Source of the DNA: an uncultured Bacteroidales bacterium | GTDB taxonomy: Bacteria > Bacteroidota > Bacteroidia > Bacteroidales > JAUNSR01 | DNA length: 64,000 nt | Assembly: GCA_947074145.1 (NCBI GenBank) | Contig: CAMTOJ010000007.1 | Span: 42,742-106,741, forward strand | Direction: 5' to 3' | The notes under the pieces: generated by a model | What the model was told of the DNA's origin: nothing | What the model saw: only the letters and a program-made list of their open reading frames with translations | Database searches by the model: none | Made by a program: the position numbers and the translations under genes | Part shown: piece by piece, positions 1-8,797 of the stretch | Layout: each line of letters begins with the position of its first letter | Position numbering within the stretch: position 1 is the stretch's first letter

Positions 1-1
1 T

Positions 2-1135
2 ATTGATTGTATTAATTTAACAAAGGAAAATTCTCTTGAAAAATATAAACAACAACTTTATTCACTTCAACTGAAAATCGAAAAAACAGAAGAAGATGCA
101 ATTCCTGAAAACATTTATAAACTTATCAGTGATGCCTTACTTCAAAGCCGTACAATTGATGAGAATGTTGAAGCATATGAAATGGCAATTGCAACTCTTG
201 AGGATATGATCTCTCTTGCCCAATATTCTCAAGAGATCAAGTTTTCATTCCTTGAATTAAAAAAATCTTGCGAATTAAATGCATTAAGAGCTACAGAATC
301 TGATGATTTGAATACATTAAAAACTGAAATATTAAGTTCTGACAACAATCTTTCTTCATCTTCCACACGCGAAGATCTTGATAATTCACTCCAATCATTG
401 CACAATGCCACCATTAAATATCTTTCGTCACAGGGTGCTATCCCGGTAACAGGGCAATTCCTTGATATGAGCATATTTATAAATAACCCGACATTCGACT
501 CAAATTGTTCAGGTTGGGCAAACTCTCCGACTTGGGGATACGGCGCAGCTGAATATTGGAATAAAAATTTCGATACTTATCAGAATATATCTGGTCTGAA
601 ACCGGGAGTTTATACTCTGCAAGTATCTGCGTTATACAGAACAGGTGAAAATGATAAAGGAGTTGCATACCAAAACAACACAGAAATTATACCGGCAATA
701 ATATATGCAAACAATGAAAATATACCGGTTAGTTCTATTTATTCTTATATATACGACGGTTCGATCGAAGAGATGGGTAATCTTGACCTAAAAAACGGAT
801 ATATAAATAGTATGTATGCTGCAAATAAAAGTTTTGAAAAAGGACATTATCATAACTCTCTCGATGTTGAAGTTACAGAAGGAGATCTTAAAATAGGAAT
901 CTCCAATAGTGGTTCAAAATATGATTCATGGTGCTGTTTCGACAATTTCAAATTATTATATCGAGGAACTAATATTTCTTTAAATATCGAAGAAAATAGT
1001 GTTGACAACTCTTTAACAAATGTATATTCAATCTTAGGAATAACACTTAAACAAAACATATTGAAACAAGATGCCCTAAAACAACTTCCTCGTGGTATTT
1101 ATATCATTAATGGGGAAAAACACATTATTAAATAA
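2..1135 (+). CDS. Secreted protein, 5'-truncated by the window edge: coiled-coil-like N-region, CBM-like beta-sandwich domain, T9SS C-terminal sorting domain
   Basis: The frame of the 182..1135 ORF stays open back to nt 2 with no stop, so the gene starts upstream of the window. The C-terminal ~70 aa (NVYSILGITLKQ...LPRGIYIINGEKHIIK) fit the Por/T9SS CTD pattern. NPTFDSN..GW...WCCFDNFKLLY resembles CBM4/9-type folds. Confidence 0.7.
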   Translation: MDCINLTKENSLEKYKQQLYSLQLKIEKTEEDAIPENIYKLISDALLQSRTIDENVEAYEMAIATLEDMISLAQYSQEIKFSFLELKKSCELNALRATESDDLNTLKTEILSSDNNLSSSSTREDLDNSLQSLHNATIKYLSSQGAIPVTGQFLDMSIFINNPTFDSNCSGWANSPTWGYGAAEYWNKNFDTYQNISGLKPGVYTLQVSALYRTGENDKGVAYQNNTEIIPAIIYANNENIPVSSIYSYIYDGSIEEMGNLDLKNGYINSMYAANKSFEKGHYHNSLDVEVTEGDLKIGISNSGSKYDSWCCFDNFKLLYRGTNISLNIEENSVDNSLTNVYSILGITLKQNILKQDALKQLPRGIYIINGEKHIIK

Positions 1136-1213
1136 TTTAATTAGCCAAAATTCTCAAATACAAACATATAGTTGTATTAATTAGTCAGAAATAAAATTTC
1201 ACAAAAAACAAAT

Positions 1214-1248
1214 GCCGATAAGAAAGAATAAATTCTCTTCTTATCGAC
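1214..1248. terminator. Imperfect hairpin between convergent genes
   Basis: CGATAAGAAAGAA (1216-1228) pairs with TTCTCTTCTTATCG (1233-1246) with one bulge. A/T runs lie on both sides. Confidence 0.4.
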
Positions 1249-1306
1249 ATTTGATTTCTGACAGAACTATATTAAAAAATTATTTTCTTTATAATAGAAC
1301 CTAATA

Positions 1307-2011
1307 TTATAAGAACTCAACTTCTCCTGTATGAAGATTGAAGATTGCTCCCACTATCTTTATCTCACCCTCATGTTCCATGTGACTTAGTATTTCGCTC
1401 TCTTTTCTTACGCGATCAACCATTATTTCTACATTTTTACGAACAACATCATTTTCAAAACCTGCGCAATGAGCATCAGGATTCACTTTTAGACAACTGT
1501 CGATTGCCGGATAAATTTTTTGAAGCATCTGTGTCATATTTCCTGCCTGAACATATTCGCAAGCAGAGTGAACAGCACCACAGCTTTCATGACCAAGTAC
1601 AACCACTACTTTTGAACCTGAATGTTCACATGCATACTCCATACTTCCGAGAATATCTTCATTCACAATATTTCCCGCTACACGTGCAACAAAGATATCA
1701 CCTACACCTTTATCAAATATCAACTCTACCGGCACACGAGAATCTATACAAGAAAGAACAATGGCAAGAGGATGCTGACCGTCGTTAGCCGATTCTACAA
1801 GCTGTGCCATAGCATCACGATTACTTGTATGCTTTTGCATAAAGTTGCTATTTCCCAATTTCAATATCTCAACTACTTCATCCGGCGTTTTCGATTCTAC
1901 ATCTTCTGCATGTAAAACATGTGTTTCAGCATTTGTCTGATCAAGTTTAAAATTCTGTGCGCAGCTTGCCATACCTATTACGGCGATAACTGCAAAAACC
2001 AATTTTTTCAT
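1307..2011 (-). CDS. Beta-class carbonic anhydrase with lipoprotein-type signal peptide
   Basis: Zinc-ligand motifs SCIDSRV and GHESCGAV. N-terminus MKKLVFAVIAVIGMASC. Confidence 0.85.
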   Translation of the reverse strand: MKKLVFAVIAVIGMASCAQNFKLDQTNAETHVLHAEDVESKTPDEVVEILKLGNSNFMQKHTSNRDAMAQLVESANDGQHPLAIVLSCIDSRVPVELIFDKGVGDIFVARVAGNIVNEDILGSMEYACEHSGSKVVVVLGHESCGAVHSACEYVQAGNMTQMLQKIYPAIDSCLKVNPDAHCAGFENDVVRKNVEIMVDRVRKESEILSHMEHEGEIKIVGAIFNLHTGEVEFL

Positions 2012-2214
2012 TTATTTCTACTTAAATAAGCAATACGTTATTTTAAAATTGGCGCAAATGTATGTAAAAACTTCTCTCGTTATTCTCCAAAGGTCAACTT
2101 TTTTATGTCGTAAAACATATTTTTTATCTCGTAGAATATTTTAACGTAATACAATTCTTTGTGAACCTATAAAATTGTCACTTGTTTATACTATAAACAA
2201 TAGTTTTCAATATT

Positions 2215-3213
2215 ATGATACAGACTACCGATACAGTAATGATGGTGCGCCCTGTCAGATTCGAATACATTGACGATAAGGCATTAAATGACGCTTTTCA
2301 AAAAGACGGTTCTATTCGCTTTGCTCAAAAAGAAGAATTGGACGAGTTTGACAATTATGTCAGAATGCTTCGGGCCGAAGGTATAATTGTGATGGAGATA
2401 GAAGATGAAGCAAAACCTTTTACTCCTAAGTCAATATTTCCCGATTGTTGGTTTTCAGTTCACACGAAAATTGAAAGGGCAAATCAATATAAGATATTGA
2501 AAAACGATCTTATAAAATCTAGTCAATTCATTAATGATCTTCCCGATGCGGAAAAATATATTGTTATTTATCCTTTAAAATGTGTTGAGAAAAGAGAAGA
2601 GAAATATAAAACTCCTATCAAAATACTTAAAGAACATTATGACGGGAAATATTATGTGATTGATCTTTCCTCTTTCGAAAAAGAAGATAAGTTTTTGGAA
2701 GGAAACGACAGCCTTGTATTCGATAGAGATAATAAAGTGATATATGCCACAAATTCGGAAAAAACCAATGAAGAGGTACTCGAATATCTGGCTTCTTATC
2801 TCGATTATAAATATTTTCTTTTCGATGCAACAGATCAAAAAGGGGAGGTTATTTCTAAAACCAACAGTATACTAAGTATTGGAAAGAAATTTGCATTTCT
2901 TTGTCTTGAAGCAATAAAAGATACAAAACAAAAGAAGGCTATTACCACTTTACTTAAAGATTGCGGTAAAGAGATTATTGAGATTTCACCTGAACAAGTA
3001 GATAACTTTGCCGGAAACATTATAGAACTTCATACCATGAAAGATGGTATACGTCAACCTGTATATGTGATCTCGGCAAAAGCTAAAGCATCTCTTAAAC
3101 CTGAGCAGATTGAGTTGATATCCGATTATTCAATTATATTATCTCCAGAGATCTGCGGAATAGAAAAAAACTGCGGAGGTTCGGCAAGAGATATGTTAGG
3201 TGAAATATTCTGA
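2215..3213 (+). CDS. Pentein (amidinotransferase / arginine deiminase-related, CtlX-like) fold protein, possibly non-catalytic
   Basis: VMMVRPVRFEY, TPKSIFPDCWFSVH, LEGNDSLVFDR, FAGNIIEL and the C-terminal GGSARDMLGEIF follow the family layout as I recall it. The expected HTN His and RCM Cys positions read SKTN and RDM. Confidence 0.65.
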   Translation: MIQTTDTVMMVRPVRFEYIDDKALNDAFQKDGSIRFAQKEELDEFDNYVRMLRAEGIIVMEIEDEAKPFTPKSIFPDCWFSVHTKIERANQYKILKNDLIKSSQFINDLPDAEKYIVIYPLKCVEKREEKYKTPIKILKEHYDGKYYVIDLSSFEKEDKFLEGNDSLVFDRDNKVIYATNSEKTNEEVLEYLASYLDYKYFLFDATDQKGEVISKTNSILSIGKKFAFLCLEAIKDTKQKKAITTLLKDCGKEIIEISPEQVDNFAGNIIELHTMKDGIRQPVYVISAKAKASLKPEQIELISDYSIILSPEICGIEKNCGGSARDMLGEIF

Positions 3214-3256
3214 CTCCCCCGATAACCTTTGATTTGATTTAATATACTATTTTGAC

Positions 3257-3308
3257 AATCATAATCAGACAGATATAATTTCTGTTTGATTATGATTTCC
3301 TTTTTTAT
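3257..3308 (+). terminator. Rho-independent terminator after the pentein gene
   Basis: 16-bp stem AATCATAATCAGACAG (3257-3272) / CTGTTTGATTATGATT (3282-3297) with one G-U pair, followed by TCCTTTTTTATTT. Confidence 0.75.
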
Positions 3309-3360
3309 TTATATCCTTAGCATTACTTTTGCATTCGTGTTTTAAATTAAGGTAAGTGCT

Positions 3361-4818
3361 ATGAAAAGGTATACAATAAAAATAGAAGAAGGTGTCACAA
3401 GAAACCCTCTGGTTCGAATGAAAACTCCTGTAAACCTCTCTTTCGAGGCTGATCAACAGATTGCCATTATAGGTGAAAACGGTAGTGGTAAATCACTACT
3501 TGTTGATATTATTACAAATAAATCGCCTCTGCTTTCAGGCAAGATAAATTATGACTTCTTCCCCTCGCAAAGTACTTTGGCTTATGAAAACATAAAATAT
3601 ATATCATTTCGCGACTCTTACGGTGCCGCTGATGCAAATTACTATTATCAACAAAGATGGAACTCTCAGGATCAGGATGAAATTCCTCTTATCGGAGAGA
3701 TTCTTGAAGGTATAGGTAATGACCCCTATTTTAAAGAATCACTTTATAATATTCTTAATATAAATTCTCTTCTTGACAAAAAGATTATATCACTTTCAAG
3801 CGGTGAGTTGCGCCGATTTCAGCTTGTTAAAACCTTGCTTACAAATCCACGCGTACTTATTGTAGATAATCCGTACATAGGCCTTGACGTGAAAACTCGT
3901 GATCTATTGTCGTCTCTTTTCACAAAACTTATTGAATCATATACTATCCAGATTATAGTTGTGATTTCATCGCTCGACGATATATCCGACTTTGTAACTC
4001 ATGTTCTTAAAGTTGAAGATCTTTGTTGTAATGAAAAACTCTCTAAGCAGGAATATCTCGCTTCATTTTGTTGTGACGATAAAAAAGGGAAACTATCCGA
4101 AGATTTGAAAGGACAGATCATATCATTGCCATACACCAACCCCGCTCCCGAATCACAAGAGATAGTACGTCTTAATAGTGTATCTATAAAATATGGCAAT
4201 CGCACTATTCTTAAAAATCTTGACTGGCTTATAAGAAAAGGTGAAAAATGGGCTCTTGGCGGTGAAAACGGAGCTGGAAAATCAACTTTGCTTAGTTTGA
4301 TCTGTGCCGATAATCCTCAGTCGTATGCCTGCGACATATCTCTTTTTGGTAACAAAAGAGGAAGTGGGGAAAGCATTTGGAGCATTAAAAAACATATAGG
4401 TTATGTTTCGCCCGAGATGCATCGCTCCTATCTTCAAAATGTCCCAACTATAGATATCGTTGCAAGCGGATTGCACGACTCGATAGGTCTATATAAAAAA
4501 CCGGATCTCTCACAAAAGGATATCTGTCTTTTCTGGCTCAATGTGTTCGGTATCGCAAGATATGAAAACACCCCATTTCTTCAATTATCATCAGGTGAAC
4601 AGCGACTTGCTCTTCTTGCACGTGCTTTTGTGAAAGATCCGTCACTTCTTATTCTCGATGAACCGCTTCATGGTCTTGATACATATAATCGTCGTCTTGT
4701 GAAATCAGTGATCGAAACTTTTTGTCAACGAAGTGATAAAACAGTAATAATGGTTACTCACTATAAGGAAGAGATTCCGGGGGTAATTTCAGGATCATTA
4801 TTTTTGACTAAAAATTAG
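3361..4818 (+). CDS. Soluble tandem-ABC ATPase (ModF-like), no membrane domain
   Basis: Two Walker A motifs (GENGSGKS, GENGAGKST), two signature motifs (LSSGELRR, LSSGEQRL) and two Walker B motifs (LIVDNP, LILDEP). Confidence 0.8.
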   Translation: MKRYTIKIEEGVTRNPLVRMKTPVNLSFEADQQIAIIGENGSGKSLLVDIITNKSPLLSGKINYDFFPSQSTLAYENIKYISFRDSYGAADANYYYQQRWNSQDQDEIPLIGEILEGIGNDPYFKESLYNILNINSLLDKKIISLSSGELRRFQLVKTLLTNPRVLIVDNPYIGLDVKTRDLLSSLFTKLIESYTIQIIVVISSLDDISDFVTHVLKVEDLCCNEKLSKQEYLASFCCDDKKGKLSEDLKGQIISLPYTNPAPESQEIVRLNSVSIKYGNRTILKNLDWLIRKGEKWALGGENGAGKSTLLSLICADNPQSYACDISLFGNKRGSGESIWSIKKHIGYVSPEMHRSYLQNVPTIDIVASGLHDSIGLYKKPDLSQKDICLFWLNVFGIARYENTPFLQLSSGEQRLALLARAFVKDPSLLILDEPLHGLDTYNRRLVKSVIETFCQRSDKTVIMVTHYKEEIPGVISGSLFLTKN

Positions 4819-4823
4819 ATTTA

Positions 4824-4856
4824 AGTCCTATATATAATTTTTATATAGGACTATTT
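4824..4856 (+). terminator. Hairpin plus T-run directly after the ABC ATPase stop
   Basis: AGTCCTATATA (4824-4834) / TATATAGGACT (4842-4852), followed by ATTTT. Confidence 0.55.
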
Positions 4857-4861
4857 TACTT

Positions 4862-4928
4862 ACACCTTGCAAGGTGTCAATTAAAAACAAGCAAGGATTT
4901 ATATTACACCTTGCAAGGTGTAATATAA
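4862..4928. repeat. Palindromic intergenic element, locus A (two copies of ACACCTTGCAAGGTGT)
   Basis: Perfect 16-bp palindromes at 4862-4877 and 4906-4921. The second extends to a perfect 30-bp palindrome TTATATTACACCTTGCAAGGTGTAATATAA (4899-4928). The same composite unit recurs at 23628-23690 and 45150-45231. Confidence 0.9.
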
Positions 4929-5084
4929 AAAGTAGTAAGTTAATGCAAAAAGGCCCTTATTAAAATCAAATAAATTTTATAGAATTGAATAACTTTTGAT
5001 CAAAAAAGAGGTCTGTAAAGAGTTTGATAAATAATTAAAGTATTTTACTTTTAGAGTATTATTAAAATCCGGAAATCATCACTT

Positions 5085-5540
5085 ATGGAAGAAACAAACC
5101 AACCAAAAAAAGATTATTTTGAACCGAGCCATACGGCAGAACATATCCTAAATCAAACGATGATAAGAATGTTTGGCTGTGAACGTTCAAAAAATGCACA
5201 TATAGAACGGAAGAAAAGTAAGATTGACTATTTTATTACACCTCAACCTACAGAAGAGCAGCTTAAAGAGGTGGAGAGAAAGGTGAATGAAGTGATAAAA
5301 CAGAATCTTGATATAACGGAAGAGTTCGTTACAAAAGATAATGTTCCATCCGAAGTGGATCTTAGTAAACTGCCTGCTGATGCTTCTGATACATTGAGAA
5401 TCGTCAGAGTTGGAGACTATGATATTTGTGCCTGTATCGGAGCTCATGTTGACAATACCTCCGAAATTGGAGAATTTAAAATGCTTAACGCTGACTATGA
5501 GAATGGAAGGTTAAGGATGAGGTTTAAGATTGTACAATAG
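5085..5540 (+). CDS. Free-standing AlaX-type aminoacyl-tRNA editing domain (tRNA_SAD)
   Basis: Zinc motifs HTAEH (HxxxH) and CACIGAH (CxxxH) at the spacing typical of AlaRS/ThrRS second additional domains. 151 aa. Confidence 0.7.
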   Translation: MEETNQPKKDYFEPSHTAEHILNQTMIRMFGCERSKNAHIERKKSKIDYFITPQPTEEQLKEVERKVNEVIKQNLDITEEFVTKDNVPSEVDLSKLPADASDTLRIVRVGDYDICACIGAHVDNTSEIGEFKMLNADYENGRLRMRFKIVQ

Positions 5541-5624
5541 ATTCCCGAAATAAATCTTAATAATCTTCTATTATTAATATTTCAGTAAATAATTCTGATT
5601 ATTGATGCTTTGAATAAATTGTGT

Positions 5625-7694
5625 TTACAATTTATTCAAAGCATTATCAAGCCATTCAAAACGATTATTAATCCAGTCAATCAGATATTGTACCTCCTTT
5701 TCATAAGAATCAAAAACAACATAATTGGGCCAAACCGGAACACCAAGATATTTCCATACATTGTTATCTTCTTCTCTTGCCTTAGTAATGTACAAGGATT
5801 GGAAACGGATATATGAAGTTATAAAACTCTTATTGGCTTTCATCTTTTTGAATCTATCCTTAACCATTTCAACAAAAAGAGGATCCTGGAATAGTCGATT
5901 ATACCATGTTGCGTTTTTTATTAGGAAACCTTCATAAGATTCACCGGTGTTGTAATTACAGTTTCCAAAGGCAATATCAAAATCCCAGACAGGTCCCATT
6001 TTTAGTTTTTCTCCGGGAATGATGTTCATAAAACAACTTGCGAAAAAGGTGGCATCTACATTTTTTGCCAATTCATTTACAATATACCAGTCTACAAAAC
6101 TTTCAACATCTATATAATTGGCATATCCATTTTCAGGATCGGCAAAATCAGAACTATATAATATATTTTCAATATTATTTATATACTCTGATATCCAGTT
6201 ATAATTTTCAGTACCGGGTTCGACATCTGGTTCTTTAAATGTGAAATGAAGACGTTTGGTTGAGAAATATGGTTCATCAGCCTCTATTCTATTATAAGGG
6301 GTTATTTCAATTACATAACCTTTTTTACCTACATTGATTCTATCACCCGAAACCTTAAGATGCTCAGTAAGAGCATAAATACCTAAATATTCTCCATTAA
6401 AATAAAAATCGCAAAATTGCATACGTGGAGTATATTCAAGATTGGTAAGTGAGGCAATCTTAAAGGCAACATTATTTCTTAAGGATGTACGATCGGTATA
6501 ATTAGCAAGCAACGCCCAATCTTTATCGGCAGGCATATTGCCCATCATTTGTTTTTTATCAAGTTTAAGACGGTAGGGTTTCTTTGGCAAAGTCCATGTA
6601 CTGTTTCCTCTTCCTCTGACCCTCATCTCTCCTTCTGTGTTGGAAAAATGAGAAAACCCTTCCATATGGAAATAACCATTTATATACTCTTTCTTTTCTA
6701 TCACGGGAGTTCTGTTTTCTGTAACAATAGATAAAACAGGGATATTATTATTGTATGCTATGAAAACTTCATAATTAACCTCCTCTCCCTTATAATTTAC
6801 AACGGTAAAAATTGGTAAAGTTGAAAAATCGACAGCTTGTTCAAATACCTTATCATCATTTACATATATCTTTTCCCCTTTTTCATTAGTAAAATATAAT
6901 GTTTTACCTTCAAAATATATTTGAGGAATAAAACAAAAGTTATCAATGGAGTATGGTATAAATGCTTTTATATATTTTCTCTGTTGATCAATTTCACAAT
7001 GAATATCATTAACCAATTGATCAAAATTATCGTTTTTTGAAATAATAAAACTTTTTATAGAAGCAGCATATAATGATTTTGAATCCTGATATATTGTAAT
7101 TGTGTCTGATCTCCCTGCGTCTAAAGTATTAAAATAGATTTTGGCACTTCGAGATTCTGTTGTCTCATTTTCTTTACAAGAAAAAATAATTGAATTAAAT
7201 TCTATCGTTTTTTCATTTTTACTACTAATCCAATCCCCCTCAGCCTCTATTCTATAATCAAATTTAATATCATGAAAGGCAAAAAACTCTATTGAATCAC
7301 CAAAAGCCGAAACTGTATAATTTTTACATATCGACTCAAATAAGATGTTTTCAATACCAGATTGAGTCACATCTAAACTTTTGTATTTTCCTGCTTTATT
7401 ATATAGAGTAATAGTGGCTCGACGATCTTCAAGAACCTTATTTTGATCATAAGAGAAAGTTAATCTGTGATATTGATCCTGATAAGTATCTGTATGTTGA
7501 AGCCATATCGAATCACTATTTATATTTATAGTATAATCGATATTACTTTTTACATAAATGTTGATTTCTCCTGCTTTAGAGGCTAAATTGAGATCAGAAT
7601 GAAAGACTTCCAATATTTGTTCTGAATCATCCTGACAAGAAGGTAAAAAGATTATAAGGGATAAAAATAGTAAAATAAAAACCCGTTTATTCAT
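5625..7694 (-). CDS. CotH-family kinase-like lipoprotein with N-terminal BACON-like repeats
   Basis: MRVRGRGNSTWTLPKKPYRLKLDKK is the characteristic CotH entry motif. Signal LIIFLPSC. Two repeats of the ...VKSN..W... / ...DWIS... type precede it. Confidence 0.75.
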   Translation of the reverse strand: MNKRVFILLFLSLIIFLPSCQDDSEQILEVFHSDLNLASKAGEINIYVKSNIDYTININSDSIWLQHTDTYQDQYHRLTFSYDQNKVLEDRRATITLYNKAGKYKSLDVTQSGIENILFESICKNYTVSAFGDSIEFFAFHDIKFDYRIEAEGDWISSKNEKTIEFNSIIFSCKENETTESRSAKIYFNTLDAGRSDTITIYQDSKSLYAASIKSFIISKNDNFDQLVNDIHCEIDQQRKYIKAFIPYSIDNFCFIPQIYFEGKTLYFTNEKGEKIYVNDDKVFEQAVDFSTLPIFTVVNYKGEEVNYEVFIAYNNNIPVLSIVTENRTPVIEKKEYINGYFHMEGFSHFSNTEGEMRVRGRGNSTWTLPKKPYRLKLDKKQMMGNMPADKDWALLANYTDRTSLRNNVAFKIASLTNLEYTPRMQFCDFYFNGEYLGIYALTEHLKVSGDRINVGKKGYVIEITPYNRIEADEPYFSTKRLHFTFKEPDVEPGTENYNWISEYINNIENILYSSDFADPENGYANYIDVESFVDWYIVNELAKNVDATFFASCFMNIIPGEKLKMGPVWDFDIAFGNCNYNTGESYEGFLIKNATWYNRLFQDPLFVEMVKDRFKKMKANKSFITSYIRFQSLYITKAREEDNNVWKYLGVPVWPNYVVFDSYEKEVQYLIDWINNRFEWLDNALNKL

Positions 7695-7881
7695 AGTTAT
7701 AAGCCTGATAAATAATATAATTGTGAGGAATATTTATCAAAAATAATATCTATGAATTTTATTAAGAATACAAGAAAACAGGTGTTTGAGTTATTTAGTT
7801 TTTATTATTTTGAGGTATTAAATAAAGATTTAATGTGAAAAATTTATTGATTATTTGATTAATGATTATAAAAACCTATTA

Positions 7882-8778
7882 TTAAGGAACATAGCATGAT
7901 GCTCTACTTCCGTTAAAGGTTGCAAAATATCCAACTGCTCCACCTTTTATATTAGTTTGAATATTGGCAGCCGGACCACCGAACATAGGATTTTCACCTT
8001 CAAACTCTTTATTACATTGAGCAATGAATTCATAATAATGATTGCTAATTTCACTCATTTCAATCTCTACATAGTCACCGGAAGTTAGAAAAAAGTAGTT
8101 TTCGATTATTTCTTCTTCATACTGATCTATATCGGAGATGTTGGGGAAATTATAAAAACTAATATCTGAGATATATTGATTATCAAACATTTCGTCTGAT
8201 GTTATCAAATAATCACTAATCTTATCCCTTGCCATTAAACCATTCAGATAAAAACGGTACATATAAAAATTCTTTCCTTTAGGCTCCATTACATAAACAA
8301 GAGCATTATAATAATTTTTATTGAAAAAATTCATAGGCTCCAGTTTCATTGAATCTAACTCAATTTCTCCGTAAACATAAGATTGCGCAGTATACAATTC
8401 TTCTATTCCGTCCTCATTAAAATCGCATCTTACCTCTAAAGTATAATTCATATTTGCTTTAGCGAATTCAGGTTCTAATGTAGTATATATTCCGGCTTCT
8501 GTGTATTCGCAAAGTTTCCATTCAACTCCTTCGTCATCTCTTATTACAACGTTCGCTCCTGTTACCTTTTTATTGGGTTGATTATCAAAACATGGAGCAG
8601 ATGAAGACAATGTAATCTTTTGATACTCGTTATTAGTTGTAATCATACCATATATACAAAGTCGGGCCTCCGCATCATCTGTTTTAATATCAATAAGTGC
8701 TGTACATGATGTCATACAGATGATGATAAAAAATAAAATTAACGTGATATATTTATTATATGAAGATTTTTTATTCAT
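7882..8778 (-). CDS. DUF4249-like outer-membrane lipoprotein, partner of the upstream TonB receptor
   Basis: Lipobox ICMTSC. ~300 aa. It lies immediately downstream (19-nt gap) of a CarbopepD_reg-type TonB receptor, the usual DUF4249 context. Family assignment is from memory of that context. Confidence 0.5.
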   Translation of the reverse strand: MNKKSSYNKYITLILFFIIICMTSCTALIDIKTDDAEARLCIYGMITTNNEYQKITLSSSAPCFDNQPNKKVTGANVVIRDDEGVEWKLCEYTEAGIYTTLEPEFAKANMNYTLEVRCDFNEDGIEELYTAQSYVYGEIELDSMKLEPMNFFNKNYYNALVYVMEPKGKNFYMYRFYLNGLMARDKISDYLITSDEMFDNQYISDISFYNFPNISDIDQYEEEIIENYFFLTSGDYVEIEMSEISNHYYEFIAQCNKEFEGENPMFGGPAANIQTNIKGGAVGYFATFNGSRASCYVP

Positions 8779-8797
8779 TATAATTCATTGTTATGTT

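Noticed and set aside
1345-1788. 147-aa plus-strand ORF (and 1622..1915) inside the carbonic anhydrase gene
   Set aside because: It is antisense to a gene with clear catalytic motifs. Its composition is low-complexity and His/Leu/Gln-rich with no start context. This is a typical shadow ORF in AT-rich DNA.
4862-4877. The 16-bp palindrome as a CRP/FNR-type operator
   Set aside because: The arm orientation (ACACC-N6-GGTGT) is the inverse of TGTGA-N6-TCACA. The copies occur in tandem pairs in terminator-like, promoter-like and neutral contexts, which fits a dispersed repeat better than a single regulon.
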